DNA of 64,000 nt from a virus (IMGVR_UViG_3300046542_000291:51641-115640), one strand, 5' to 3'. Shown: positions 8,417 to 17,899, counted from the first letter of the stretch. Numbers and translations: made by a program. The notes: generated by a model from the sequence alone, not told the origin.

Positions 8417-9088
8417 TTACTTATCAAGTTGCATGTAAGACTTACGGATAGGAGTGGGATCAATGGCCAGCCATTTGGACACACGGGCACAGACTTTCTC
8501 GGCGTAGTCGTCACGAAAGGTGTTACCACCCACAACGTGGCCACTGTCCCGGACATAATAGTCATACTCTTCACTCACGGTGTTAGAGCGACGATTACCT
8601 AAGATGTGATAGTCCAGTGGGGTCATGCGGTAGTCGTCTGGAAGCAACTCCCGGATTTCTTTGAAGTACTCACGCGTACCACCAATGATAACCGGAACAC
8701 CCGTGCCATGACAGATGACATTGAAATTACCACTGTCCGTGTCAACAGAACCATGAAGGGTTTTACCGTCTGCGGTTAAACAAACGAAACTGATTTCCTT
8801 CACTGTTTTCAAGCCGAACCAGTTTTCATATTGGAGCAGGTGCTTTAACGAACCACCCGAATCCAGGAACTGAAGAAACTTCTTTTTGTTAGTGGTAAGT
8901 CCGGCAATGCCAATGGCCAGTAACACGTGCCCGAACGCCTCTACTTCACGTTGGAATAAATGGATCTTGTCTGAATCATTGGTGGTATAACGAACAACAC
9001 CGCCACCATCTTCGTTTTGCAGGGCGTGCGACCACGAGCTATGGCGATCAGCCAACATGACATTTCCGTCACAGTAAATTTGAGTCAT
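8417..9088 (-). CDS. hypothetical protein (223 aa); weak resemblance to HslV/proteasome-beta-type Ntn hydrolases
   Basis: AGGGAAAG RBS. The N-terminus M-T-QIYCDGNVMLAD and later Gly-rich blocks loosely match the HslV pattern; similarity judged by eye only. Confidence 0.6.
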   Translation of the reverse strand: MTQIYCDGNVMLADRHSSWSHALQNEDGGGVVRYTTNDSDKIHLFQREVEAFGHVLLAIGIAGLTTNKKKFLQFLDSGGSLKHLLQYENWFGLKTVKEISFVCLTADGKTLHGSVDTDSGNFNVICHGTGVPVIIGGTREYFKEIRELLPDDYRMTPLDYHILGNRRSNTVSEEYDYYVRDSGHVVGGNTFRDDYAEKVCARVSKWLAIDPTPIRKSYMQLDK

Positions 9089-9097
9089 AATCTTTCC

Positions 9098-9307
9098 CTA
9101 GAAACCGTTAACGTAACGCCAGTGACCTAGATGCAAACAGATAGCTGACATGAACATAGTCAGCAACATGATCGACCCGGACATGGCCACCAGTGGATGA
9201 TTATCTTTCAGCTTGATGCACGACCAGATAAACGTAATGGTCGAGAGCACACAGAGCGTACAGATGAAGATCAGGATGTACAGCTTTTCTGTAGAGAGTC
9301 CCCACAT
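9098..9307 (-). CDS. small membrane protein (69 aa)
   Basis: ORF-track ORF; strongly hydrophobic. Confidence 0.45.
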   Translation of the reverse strand: MWGLSTEKLYILIFICTLCVLSTITFIWSCIKLKDNHPLVAMSGSIMLLTMFMSAICLHLGHWRYVNGF

Positions 9308-9328
9308 ACCGAAGGCCTTTTGTTTGGA

Positions 9329-9667
9329 TTAGACCCGGCGATAAGACCGAGGAGAAAGCGGAACCGATCGTGAACGTATTGGAACTGGCTTCACTCGAAA
9401 GATACGGTCATGCAATGCAACCGCTAAGACAATACCAATCGAACTACCTAATGCCCCAGTCACCATAATCCAACGACCACCTGCAACCGATGTCTGTGCA
9501 GCCAGTACCTCAGATGCCCCGATGATGGCGCCAATGATAGCCATGGGTAGATACTTCCCCGCTACCATGTTCTTTACTTGAAAGCTTTTCATGAACACAA
9601 CAGAAAACGTGATCGAGAAGCTCAACATGAACAACCAAGCTTGATGCATAAAAACTCCAGAGGACAT
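9329..9667 (-). CDS. membrane protein (112 aa)
   Basis: ORF-track 9329..9718 trimmed to ATG at 9667, which has a GGAGGG RBS. The RBS lies in the 3' arm of a UUCG-type hairpin. 3-4 TM helices predicted. Confidence 0.5.
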   Translation of the reverse strand: MSSGVFMHQAWLFMLSFSITFSVVFMKSFQVKNMVAGKYLPMAIIGAIIGASEVLAAQTSVAGGRWIMVTGALGSSIGIVLAVALHDRIFRVKPVPIRSRSVPLSPRSYRRV

Positions 9668-9803
9668 AAAGCCCTCCCGAAGGAGAGCTCTATGCGTTAG
9701 ACGGGGGTCACCAGGCATCCACCTATTCGTGGACGGGGGAGAGAGGTGGAGAGATTGCCCTGGGGCCCCCTAAGCCGATAATCTTACATATAGTACTGTA
9801 AGA

Positions 9804-10307
9804 TTATTGATAGTGAGTTAACCCATCGCTCCCCAACGTCCCGCCTGACAACGAACTGGTGCCTAACAACAGTTCGATAATGCGCTGCTGCACATCGTCG
9901 TACATCGACTCGTTGGCCAGGGCGCTAGTGCCATCTGTAAAGTTCATGAGATACTTTACACCTACCTTCCCACCACCGTATTCCCCAGCCCCTGCTTCAA
10001 AATGGATCAGTGTTTCACCCGCTCCAAATTTAGGAGCGCAGAACCGGGTGAACGGAGCCAGTTGTCCAAAGGCACTCATCACGAAGATGACCTTCTCGTT
10101 TGCTTCAACGAGGTTTCGCATTCTCGCAACATGGGCTTGGTTGCTTTCCCACTTCACCAACCATTCGTCATACATCCGACGAAGTTCTGGACCGGCAGAG
10201 GAAGGTGGTTTATCGAAGACCCGTTGTGAACGCAGGTATTCCTCAACCTCATCGTACTCCTTACGTAAGTCGGTGATGGCTGGGTACTGTAGAATGAAAC
10301 GTTCCAT
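9804..10307 (-). CDS. hypothetical protein (167 aa)
   Basis: ORF-track ORF trimmed to internal ATG with GGGGG RBS; TAATG overlap with upstream gene. Confidence 0.55.
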   Translation of the reverse strand: MERFILQYPAITDLRKEYDEVEEYLRSQRVFDKPPSSAGPELRRMYDEWLVKWESNQAHVARMRNLVEANEKVIFVMSAFGQLAPFTRFCAPKFGAGETLIHFEAGAGEYGGGKVGVKYLMNFTDGTSALANESMYDDVQQRIIELLLGTSSLSGGTLGSDGLTHYQ

Positions 10308-10480
10308 TACTTTACCCCCACTTGCGTAGTAGCAATGGCAATGCATGCCAACATAGCCAGGTTGGTGTAGAAAAGGTACTTACGTGTTTGGCTATCCGAT
10401 GAACCGTTGATCAGGTGGAACACGGTCAACAATCCAATGAACCCCCAAACCGAAAACAGTTGATCAATCACTGCGGGCAT
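10307..10480 (-). CDS. small membrane protein (57 aa)
   Basis: ORF-track 10307..10549 trimmed to ATG with GGGAGG RBS; start overlaps stop of upstream gene. Confidence 0.4.
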   Translation of the reverse strand: MPAVIDQLFSVWGFIGLLTVFHLINGSSDSQTRKYLFYTNLAMLACIAIATTQVGVK

Positions 10481-10776
10481 TGAGCCTCCCAGACATCTTT
10501 CGGAAACCACAGAGTTGCGTAGTTCAGACCGATGGTCATGTGATGCCATCCCGCTTTCTGGAAGCGATCACACACGAGTTCACGCAAGCCTTCATCAGGT
10601 ACCATGCCTTCGGTCAGCGGGATGTGGATGGAACGCCACTCCCCTTCACGCATGATTCCAGGATAGGCTTCGAGGTGGGTGTTAATGTAAGCAACCACTG
10701 CATCGAGGTTGTCGAGCTTGTTGCGTTTCAAGAAGTCCAGAGTGGACATCGGTTGGGTATGTGAATGATCAGCCAC
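10468..10776 (-). CDS. hypothetical protein (102 aa)
   Basis: ORF-track ORF. Confidence 0.55.
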   Translation of the reverse strand: MADHSHTQPMSTLDFLKRNKLDNLDAVVAYINTHLEAYPGIMREGEWRSIHIPLTEGMVPDEGLRELVCDRFQKAGWHHMTIGLNYATLWFPKDVWEAQCPQ

Positions 10777-11041
10777 GGAGCCTCGTTGGAATCATGAACA
10801 TGATTCGGTCAAAGAATTTGAAGGAGATGTTCTTCCAACCGCGAGGCTCGTAGAGCTCGTCGATCAGAGGTTGCATCCAGTCTTCCGTGCTAACATCAAC
10901 ACGGATGTGTTTGCCATAGCCGTTGCATGGATCGTCAACTATACGACCTCTCTTTAAAGCTTCCTCGATCTTTTCGAGTACGGCCTTAAAGTCAGGGTCA
11001 TTCATCACGACCTCTTGAGCACTGGTGCGTTCTATTTGCAT
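10769..11041 (-). CDS. hypothetical protein (90 aa)
   Basis: ORF-track ORF; overlaps neighbours by a few nt. Confidence 0.55.
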   Translation of the reverse strand: MQIERTSAQEVVMNDPDFKAVLEKIEEALKRGRIVDDPCNGYGKHIRVDVSTEDWMQPLIDELYEPRGWKNISFKFFDRIMFMIPTRLRG

Positions 11042-11277
11042 ATTTGATCCTTGAAGCGGAAGAGGTGTTTAGCCCCCACGCCGAAGGCAACACATAGGAC
11101 CAGGCACAGCACTGCCCACCATGGGGACTGGTCATTCATGCTACTGAACATCGAGCCGAAGCTTATACCCGATGCCAGCGCCAGTAGGATGAAAACCAGC
11201 CAGAAGAACACTTCGCGGAGGTACATCCAGATTACTTGTTTGACGGTAACTTCACGGGCCATATTTACGTCTGCCAT
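11032..11277 (-). CDS. membrane protein (81 aa)
   Basis: ORF-track ORF; two TM segments. Confidence 0.5.
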   Translation of the reverse strand: MADVNMAREVTVKQVIWMYLREVFFWLVFILLALASGISFGSMFSSMNDQSPWWAVLCLVLCVAFGVGAKHLFRFKDQICK

Positions 11278-11750
11278 ATTGGAGGTTGAAGATGAGTGAA
11301 CAGGCTCAGCATGTTATCAAGGGTGGCATGGTCCATTTGGTACAGTAGTTTGGCGATACGAACACCAACGTCCCAGTTCTTTTCAACGATCGTGATTCGC
11401 TGATCACCGTCAGAGAGCACAAAACAAAAATTGAACTCTCCGTTCGAAGGTACCATCATGTGTTTTGCTGTGACGTAACTACCCTGACGGTAGAACTCAT
11501 CCAACTGGATAAGTGCAGTCATGTCACCAAACACACGCATCAGGTCACCAATAATCGTATTGAGTTCGATAAAACGACTGAGTTGGTGATGCCGTGGAGA
11601 ATGCGTTTCGATGAACTGCTTACGGGTATCGCCATCCAGAACCATCAACTCATTCTGAAAAGCCTCCGCTTCCTGGGTAAGGTTGTAGACAACGCCATAG
11701 ACTGCGTGGTACTCATTACCGTCAATACCAACATGATCATCATTCCACAT
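11265..11750 (-). CDS. hypothetical protein (161 aa)
   Basis: ORF-track ORF; first gene after the hairpin at 11788. Confidence 0.55.
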   Translation of the reverse strand: MWNDDHVGIDGNEYHAVYGVVYNLTQEAEAFQNELMVLDGDTRKQFIETHSPRHHQLSRFIELNTIIGDLMRVFGDMTALIQLDEFYRQGSYVTAKHMMVPSNGEFNFCFVLSDGDQRITIVEKNWDVGVRIAKLLYQMDHATLDNMLSLFTHLQPPIWQT

Positions 11751-11787
11751 AGATCACCTATTTGCCAAAATTAAAGTGGGACATAAT

Positions 11788-11805
11788 GCCTCCCCGAAGG
11801 GAGGC
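11788..11805 (-). terminator. GC-rich hairpin GCCTCCC-CGAA-GGGAGGC (UUCG loop in minus-sense RNA): putative terminator or RNA-stabilising stem
   Basis: Member of the repeated hairpin family; lies in an intergenic gap between 11960..12382 and 11265..11750. Confidence 0.5.
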
Positions 11806-11959
11806 AAGAAGCGGACCTAGCAACCTAGGACCAGGGGAAGGTCGATTACAATCCCCAAAGTGTACGGACTCGAACCGCACGTGTCACACGCTACATTGTT
11901 AAAGAGCATCGTAAAGGAGCAGAGGTAACCAGGAACCAATAGCTCTATATAATTACACA

Positions 11960-12382
11960 CTAAACGATTGGATCATGGCCAACGGGTTCAACCGTGGTCC
12001 ATGCCAGATCAGTCGGTGTAATGAGTGCCTCACCCAAACGGATGAGAGACTCTGTTCGTAGGTATTGATGATTCACGATATTGAACCGACCACCCACCGC
12101 ATGTTCATATTGCTTGAACAAACGATTGATAGCCAGATCCCGATCCGATTGGACCTCGTCGTCTTTCCGAGGAAGCGGCCGTTCATCTTCAGGCCACAGT
12201 ACAATAAAGCGGTAGTTGTCTACACCGTATTCCACGTGGTATGAATATTGATGCACGTTGAAATGTTCGCACTCCAGTTCGGTGTACGATTCGATAGTTG
12301 TCGTTGACTCACCAGTTAAAGCATTAAACGAGGCAAGCCTACGTCCCTTGGTTGTATCTACGATAACCAGGCTGGCCGACAT
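11960..12382 (-). CDS. hypothetical protein (140 aa)
   Basis: ORF-track ORF. Confidence 0.55.
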   Translation of the reverse strand: MSASLVIVDTTKGRRLASFNALTGESTTTIESYTELECEHFNVHQYSYHVEYGVDNYRFIVLWPEDERPLPRKDDEVQSDRDLAINRLFKQYEHAVGGRFNIVNHQYLRTESLIRLGEALITPTDLAWTTVEPVGHDPIV

Positions 12383-13038
12383 TACGCGGCCACTGCTTGG
12401 CGGTTGTGCTTGTTGCGGGTACGGATCACTTCACGGGTCAGTTGAATCTGCACTTCTTCCGAGAAGATCTCCGGGAATGCCCGACTCAACGCCACCGCAG
12501 CCATTTCTTCAGCTTGCTGGATGTCGATGTAGTTCGTCAGGATGATCCCGCGGTGATAGATGAAACAGTGGTGCCAGCTACCGTTCAGGTACAGGTCACC
12601 TTCGAAACCACCATAGGTGAGGGTTTCGTCGTTAGGACCGTCGCGGTACACATCCAGCTGTACGTTGCGATCCATGTGCATTTGCAGCAGGTCATTGCCC
12701 GTACCACCGAAGATGGTCGGACGCTTACGGCCGGTTACCACGTCCTGGATGGAATCCATCAGGCGAGGCAGTTCAGAAACCAGCTCCTGGAGATCACAAG
12801 CTTTGCTCATGGCATCCATGAATCGTTTGGCCAGGAAGTCGTACTCCGGGCCAGTCCACTGCCGTTGTTCGGCAGCGATGATGTGTACGCCGAACCAAGC
12901 ATAGCCGTTGGCATGCTTTGCCTTCACACAGAGGTGAGGGATGTTGTCTTCACCCGACTGATGATTCGTGGTGTAGTTTTCGATGCGTTTGATGACCAGG
13001 GTAATCAAACCCTTTTCGTCGATAATTTGAGTAGACAT
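12382..13038 (-). CDS. hypothetical protein (218 aa)
   Basis: ORF-track ORF; GGAACC RBS region. Confidence 0.6.
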   Translation of the reverse strand: MSTQIIDEKGLITLVIKRIENYTTNHQSGEDNIPHLCVKAKHANGYAWFGVHIIAAEQRQWTGPEYDFLAKRFMDAMSKACDLQELVSELPRLMDSIQDVVTGRKRPTIFGGTGNDLLQMHMDRNVQLDVYRDGPNDETLTYGGFEGDLYLNGSWHHCFIYHRGIILTNYIDIQQAEEMAAVALSRAFPEIFSEEVQIQLTREVIRTRNKHNRQAVAA

Positions 13039-13132
13039 GGGTGGTTCCTTTTGAACTTAGAATCTCTGGGTGGAGTTGAGGCCTCTTTTATCTCAACAAA
13101 TAATAATCGTACGTAGTTCTTTAAAAGGAAAC

Positions 13133-13801
13133 TCAGTCGCGATTGAGACAGTTGCCGAACTTTTGTTCTGCTTGGTATTGAATCTTCTTGGTGATGCTGT
13201 CCAACGTACTATCGAAGTTGCACACGAAGTCAATGGTGAAGTTGATCCCTTTGAGGATGTCTTCGCTATTGTCCGTGATGAACTGCGCCAGCTTCTTGTT
13301 GGAATGACCTGTATCAGTTGCTGCGTCTTCCTGCATCCGGGTAAGTAAACGTTGGATTACAGTTGAGTCAGCCAGATCGGCAATCCGGGTAGTGGTCAGG
13401 AAGTAATCGTTGGTGCCCTTATGACGGACAACAAACAAACGACCAGCCCCTTTACTCGAATATTCTTTACGATCTAACAGAAGACTTTCATCGATCAGGT
13501 CCCCTTCCAGCTCTGCAGCCGAGAAACGATGTGGTTGAGTAAGCATCCACAGTTCCAGCTCAGCGCCGCGTTCAATATGTTTAGCCAGCTCCCCGCCAAA
13601 CTGTTTTGGATGACGCCCCATCACCCGACGAATAACGGTGGTCCAATTGTTCGTTTCCGACAACCACACATCGCCAGTGTCCTTGACCACGATAGCGTAG
13701 AAGCCACCGGGGATCTTGGTCTTTGGTGCGGTGGTCTGGCCGGTCCAGTTAGCCATGTAACGCTTCAACACACCACGTGCAGTGTTATAACGGTTGAACA
13801 T
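13133..13801 (-). CDS. putative GIY-YIG-type (homing) endonuclease (222 aa)
   Basis: GFYAIVVKDTGDVWLSETNN...RR...H...E pattern resembles the GIY...YIG...R...H...E core. Basic C-terminal half fits a DNA-binding tail. First gene after a promoter-like motif. Confidence 0.45.
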   Translation of the reverse strand: MFNRYNTARGVLKRYMANWTGQTTAPKTKIPGGFYAIVVKDTGDVWLSETNNWTTVIRRVMGRHPKQFGGELAKHIERGAELELWMLTQPHRFSAAELEGDLIDESLLLDRKEYSSKGAGRLFVVRHKGTNDYFLTTTRIADLADSTVIQRLLTRMQEDAATDTGHSNKKLAQFITDNSEDILKGINFTIDFVCNFDSTLDSITKKIQYQAEQKFGNCLNRD

Positions 13802-13867
13802 GTAATACTCCTAGTTCCTATTGTTCTATTGAATGGTGTAGCTGAGTCTTTCTTTATTTACACGATT

Positions 13868-13876
13868 GTAATATAG
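13868..13876 (-). promoter_or_regulatory. conserved promoter-like motif CTATATTAC (minus sense), 67 nt upstream of the 13801 start
   Basis: One of five near-identical copies, each 25-45 nt downstream of a UUCG hairpin. Confidence 0.5.
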
Positions 13877-13897
13877 CTTTTAAATCACGTCCAATAA

Positions 13898-13917
13898 GGC
13901 CTCCCCGAAGGGAGGCG
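13898..13917 (-). terminator. UUCG-loop GC hairpin (GGCCTCCC-CGAA-GGGAGGC), putative terminator
   Basis: Repeated hairpin family; directly after the stop of 13924..14181. Confidence 0.55.
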
Positions 13918-13923
13918 CTTATG

Positions 13924-14181
13924 TCAGTTCTCCTGGCTAGAATCGATCAGGGGTACACAGTCCAGCTTGTAGTCGTCGTTAAACCCAGGGATCTCGTCTT
14001 CTACGAGCCAGCGCTTATCACTGATCCGCTTAACCGAGGGTTCCTTCAGAGTCGAGATGAAAGCATCACGCACAGCGTAACACTTATCCATCGACGACAC
14101 TACCTGTACGGTACGGGAACCGATTTCTGCATTACCCGACCCACCACTGAACACCATCACGAACAACGCTTCAACTAACAT
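13924..14181 (-). CDS. hypothetical protein (85 aa)
   Basis: ORF-track ORF. Confidence 0.5.
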   Translation of the reverse strand: MLVEALFVMVFSGGSGNAEIGSRTVQVVSSMDKCYAVRDAFISTLKEPSVKRISDKRWLVEDEIPGFNDDYKLDCVPLIDSSQEN

Positions 14182-15029
14182 GCTTTTTCCTTACGCTCAT
14201 TGCGAGCAGCCAGATAGAGTTCAACCGCTTCGGCAAACTCTTTCCATTCCTGGACGTATGCTTCACCGAGGACTTGTGGCAAGACACGCCACAGTTCATC
14301 GTTAGATGGGAGACCTGCTTCGGCGCAGGAAATCTTCCAGCTGTTGCGAAGCTTACGCAGACCGGACCCATAACGGGCTTTGTGCAAGATCACCGACCCG
14401 GACATTTCTGCCCCAGCTACCTTACCTAACTTCAAACCACCACCAGGGCCCAGCGAATGCCGAGAAGCATAGTTGATCAGATCACGGGTTAATGGACCCA
14501 GTTCATCAACGAGCTCTTCAAGGGTACGGGTACTGTCGTAGTGAATACCACCTGGGAAGTGACCCATCCAGAAAGGAAACATCTCTTTCAGATAGACCGC
14601 TTGCGCACGACGATGTTCACGGTGCTCTTCTTCACATTGTCGGGTGACGATTTCCTCGAACTCTTTGGTCATGCCATTAAAGAATTGACCAGTGGCGTTC
14701 ACGCTTTGCCACAGAATCGGCTTATACCGATCCGACAAAGCCACCCGGTCGATTACACGACAGACTTCGATCATGTAAGCGGAATGAGGTTCTTCCCATT
14801 CTTCCAGAGTAGCCTGGTATTCTTCGAAGTTCTTTTTGATGGCCGGTTTGACGAAGTTGATCAACGCCGGGAAGTCATGTGGATCTTGCGACCACTGTGC
14901 ACCCAGCTTCATCATCTCCATGGGAATCAGATTCCCTTCGTTGGTGATGGTGTACGTCTTATGGTCATCCGCTCGGCGAACACACCAAATGTAACCGAGC
15001 ATCACACCGCGTTCTTTTTCAACTGCCAT
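14175..15029 (-). CDS. hypothetical protein (284 aa)
   Basis: ORF-track ORF. Confidence 0.6.
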   Translation of the reverse strand: MAVEKERGVMLGYIWCVRRADDHKTYTITNEGNLIPMEMMKLGAQWSQDPHDFPALINFVKPAIKKNFEEYQATLEEWEEPHSAYMIEVCRVIDRVALSDRYKPILWQSVNATGQFFNGMTKEFEEIVTRQCEEEHREHRRAQAVYLKEMFPFWMGHFPGGIHYDSTRTLEELVDELGPLTRDLINYASRHSLGPGGGLKLGKVAGAEMSGSVILHKARYGSGLRKLRNSWKISCAEAGLPSNDELWRVLPQVLGEAYVQEWKEFAEAVELYLAARNERKEKAC

Positions 15030-15038
15030 GAGTCATCC

Positions 15039-15557
15039 TTACTTGAAAGAGTGACGAACCGTTTTATCCCCATGCTCACGCACCAGCTTAACTGGATCAA
15101 TGTGAATAGGTGCCCGGGTGAAGGTGAGGTTCTTACCGACGAGGAACTTCTTGAGGTCAATGCGTTCAACGGTAATGTTGCGCACGGTCTCCTGAGTCTT
15201 CCATTCGGTTTCGATGTTGTTGTGAGGGTTCATGACCTTAACCCAGCCATCATCCCCACGGAATGGGAAGGTGTACAGGTAGATGGTCATGTCGAAGAAC
15301 GCCGACAAGTCGATAGGCTTCCGGCAGTAGATGTAGATGTCGTCGCCAATGGTCGCGTAACGCTCACTGTCGAATGCTTTCTCCGTACCGCTACCGATGC
15401 CGAGACGAATGGCTTCTTCACGCTCAGAAGTCGCATAGAGCCACTGATTGGATTCGGTAACGTCCCACTGAACCAACTTCTTGGTGTGATTGAACCCAGG
15501 TTGGATCTCGTTTTGCTTAAACAGAGATCCGTGATACAGCGTTGTTGGTTGTTCCAT
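15039..15557 (-). CDS. hypothetical protein (172 aa)
   Basis: ORF-track ORF. Confidence 0.55.
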   Translation of the reverse strand: MEQPTTLYHGSLFKQNEIQPGFNHTKKLVQWDVTESNQWLYATSEREEAIRLGIGSGTEKAFDSERYATIGDDIYIYCRKPIDLSAFFDMTIYLYTFPFRGDDGWVKVMNPHNNIETEWKTQETVRNITVERIDLKKFLVGKNLTFTRAPIHIDPVKLVREHGDKTVRHSFK

Positions 15558-15807
15558 GTTGGTTTTCCACGAAGAAGAAGTCAGGGTGTTCGACCGAAGC
15601 AGCCCACCGGCGAATGGTTTTGGTGCTGATGTTTACAGCTGCCGCTGCCCGAGTGAGGTTCGGATAAACCACACCACGGATAGAAACGTGTTTCCGGATG
15701 GTTGCTTCACGAAGCAGAGAGGCAGCACGAATGTTCGCGATCTGTTCTTTGGTACGGACCTGACCTTCGTTCGGGTGTTCTTTCGGAAAGCTGTAGTGCG
15801 TGTTCAA
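15517..15807 (-). CDS. small helix-turn-helix DNA-binding protein (96 aa)
   Basis: Segment AAAAVNISTKTIRRWAAS looks like a typical HTH recognition helix. Confidence 0.5.
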   Translation of the reverse strand: MNTHYSFPKEHPNEGQVRTKEQIANIRAASLLREATIRKHVSIRGVVYPNLTRAAAAVNISTKTIRRWAASVEHPDFFFVENQHGTTNNAVSRISV

Positions 15808-16250
15808 ATCCCTGTTTCCTTGTCACGGTGTGCTTTAATCAATGGCAAAACTTGCTCATTGAGTGAAGGGTTGTAACTCCAGTCCTTTCCTGTCAAAGGC
15901 TGCTTGTCAAACAGTACCCGCTCTAAGCGGTTGAACTGATCGCAATAAGCTTCCAGGTTATGGACCATGTGGGTTTCATTCATGAAGTATTCGATCACTT
16001 GATAAGCAGTCCAATACTCCATCGAAGGGACCTGGTTGTCGTGGTCAAAGTTCAACCCCGCTTCCTCAGCCGCCCGCATCATTGTTTGCGTACGCCGAAC
16101 CAGCAGATCGATTTGCATCGGTTCCACTGGATAGGCCAAGAACCGACCACCTGGCATCCAATGGAGCCAATTCAGGAAGGTGCTATAGAAGTACGTGTGT
16201 TGATTGCGCTTCTGTGCTTCCGCCTTCTTCTGTTCCTTAGACTTTGCCAC
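15804..16250 (-). CDS. hypothetical protein (148 aa)
   Basis: ORF-track ORF. Confidence 0.55.
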   Translation of the reverse strand: MAKSKEQKKAEAQKRNQHTYFYSTFLNWLHWMPGGRFLAYPVEPMQIDLLVRRTQTMMRAAEEAGLNFDHDNQVPSMEYWTAYQVIEYFMNETHMVHNLEAYCDQFNRLERVLFDKQPLTGKDWSYNPSLNEQVLPLIKAHRDKETGI

Positions 16251-16890
16251 CGCGATTCTCCTTGGCGTCTGCGTAGTACTTGGCTTTGGACCCGGTACCT
16301 ACCACGCGATAATGATCGCGGATAGGCTCGATCCCTTCCGACACACCAGACATGGGGCGTGGGATGTGTTCAGATGGATGGGGCATACGGGCGGTGATCT
16401 GAGAGAACTTCATCTCACCCATTTCCGCCCGAAGTTTATCCCAGTCGTAGATGACCGAAGCGTTCGCCAAAGCTGGGCTGTCACTGTAGACATCAACCAA
16501 CTCCTGAGTGTAAGAACTCAGAAGAACGGTTGGACGTTTATCAATGATACCCTGACGGTAACACTCGTTCTCGAAATGGTTGATCAACACCATCCGACGG
16601 ATAGGGCTGGTGATCTTCGATGGAAACGTACCCACCCCGCGAGAACGCAGCCGATCGAGATCGTCTTCAGGCCAAGGTTGACCAGTGATACTCACCTGGG
16701 CTTCAATGGCGGCTTGAGCCAACTGTGCGGACAACTCAATGAAAGCTTCACTGAGAATATCCCCTTGCTCATACGACAGCAGTGCCCACTGCGGGAACAG
16801 GTCAGTCATATAAGCTTTGCGCTTCGCGTTAATATCCCCATCGCGTTTGCGCACTGCTACTGTAATGGTCGGCTTCAACTTCTTTTTCAT
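16237..16890 (-). CDS. hypothetical protein (217 aa)
   Basis: ORF-track ORF. Confidence 0.55.
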   Translation of the reverse strand: MKKKLKPTITVAVRKRDGDINAKRKAYMTDLFPQWALLSYEQGDILSEAFIELSAQLAQAAIEAQVSITGQPWPEDDLDRLRSRGVGTFPSKITSPIRRMVLINHFENECYRQGIIDKRPTVLLSSYTQELVDVYSDSPALANASVIYDWDKLRAEMGEMKFSQITARMPHPSEHIPRPMSGVSEGIEPIRDHYRVVGTGSKAKYYADAKENRGGKV

Positions 16891-16916
16891 GATTGCATCC
16901 AGCTTGTTATTAGTGG

Positions 16917-17360
16917 TTATTCTACAGCGGCATCCAGTTCTTCCAGATAAGGAAGCATATCGGTCAGAACAGCACGGAACTCAATCCACTTTTTCTTACC
17001 GAACTGATCCGGTACTTCAGGTTGCCATGGAAAGAAGGCATGGAACATCTTGTTATTCGCCATGACCTCTTTCCAGTGCTTCCGGTCGTTCCGCATCTTG
17101 CCTGAGTTCAGGTAACGCGCCATCACCTTGGTAGGGGTGGTCAGTCGACGCCCACGCAGGCGATCGAGCAACAAGCTGTTACCGGCAACACGGCAGTTGA
17201 GCAGCATCATCGCCGCTACCAGTTCCTTGGTCTTGGTGTGTACCACCAGAACACGCTCACGCATTGGAATGGTTTCGTCGTAATCGTTACCACCTGGAAA
17301 CAAAGCCATCCAGTCCGGGAACAACTTAGTGATGTACTCGTGATGGGTTACTTCAGACAT
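16917..17360 (-). CDS. hypothetical protein (147 aa)
   Basis: ORF-track ORF. Confidence 0.55.
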   Translation of the reverse strand: MSEVTHHEYITKLFPDWMALFPGGNDYDETIPMRERVLVVHTKTKELVAAMMLLNCRVAGNSLLLDRLRGRRLTTPTKVMARYLNSGKMRNDRKHWKEVMANNKMFHAFFPWQPEVPDQFGKKKWIEFRAVLTDMLPYLEELDAAVE

Positions 17361-17610
17361 CCGTTGCTTCCTTTTGCGAATTTTGGTATTTACTGCGGCC
17401 CATCATGGCGTCCACGAATTCCCGAGGACAGATAGGTACAATGGCGTTGTGCTCGACTCGAATGATATCGTCATGACGATTACCTTTCTTATCGAAGTAA
17501 GCGTAGATGGTCAGCAGGTATTGATTGCCTAACCGATCAACATCGAAAGCTTTGTAAGTCTCGATGTGTTTGTTAGTGGGAGCCTTGAACCAAGGCGCGT
17601 ACTTAGCCAT
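17353..17610 (-). CDS. hypothetical protein (85 aa)
   Basis: ORF-track ORF. Confidence 0.5.
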   Translation of the reverse strand: MAKYAPWFKAPTNKHIETYKAFDVDRLGNQYLLTIYAYFDKKGNRHDDIIRVEHNAIVPICPREFVDAMMGRSKYQNSQKEATDV

Positions 17611-17899
17611 TGGCTTGATCCGGCGTGTAACATGGAGGGCAATGCTTTACCCATTCCTGTTTTTCCCACGTGTCGATCGCCATCTGCCGCATACCCGGTA
17701 GACTGAGAAGGGCCACAGCCTCGTTTACACTAAGCGCGCGCTCACCCCGGATCATGGTGCCACTGATATTCAAGCCAAGTCGGCTTGCCTCAGTTGCCAA
17801 CTCAAGGGTGTACTGCATGTAATCCGGGTGGTCCATACCGACATGGGACCACTCCACGAACAACCCACACCGGTATTTCCAGAAATATTCGTAATCCAT
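17603..17899 (-). CDS. hypothetical protein (98 aa)
   Basis: ORF-track ORF trimmed to ATG with AGGTG RBS. Confidence 0.5.
   Translation of the reverse strand: MDYEYFWKYRCGLFVEWSHVGMDHPDYMQYTLELATEASRLGLNISGTMIRGERALSVNEAVALLSLPGMRQMAIDTWEKQEWVKHCPPCYTPDQANG

Noticed and set aside
11850-11885. T-loop-like GGTTCGAGTCC on the minus strand, considered as a minus-strand tRNA
   Set aside because: No matching acceptor 5' strand (CAAAGTG), D-arm or anticodon arm can be placed upstream; only the T-arm-like motif is present.
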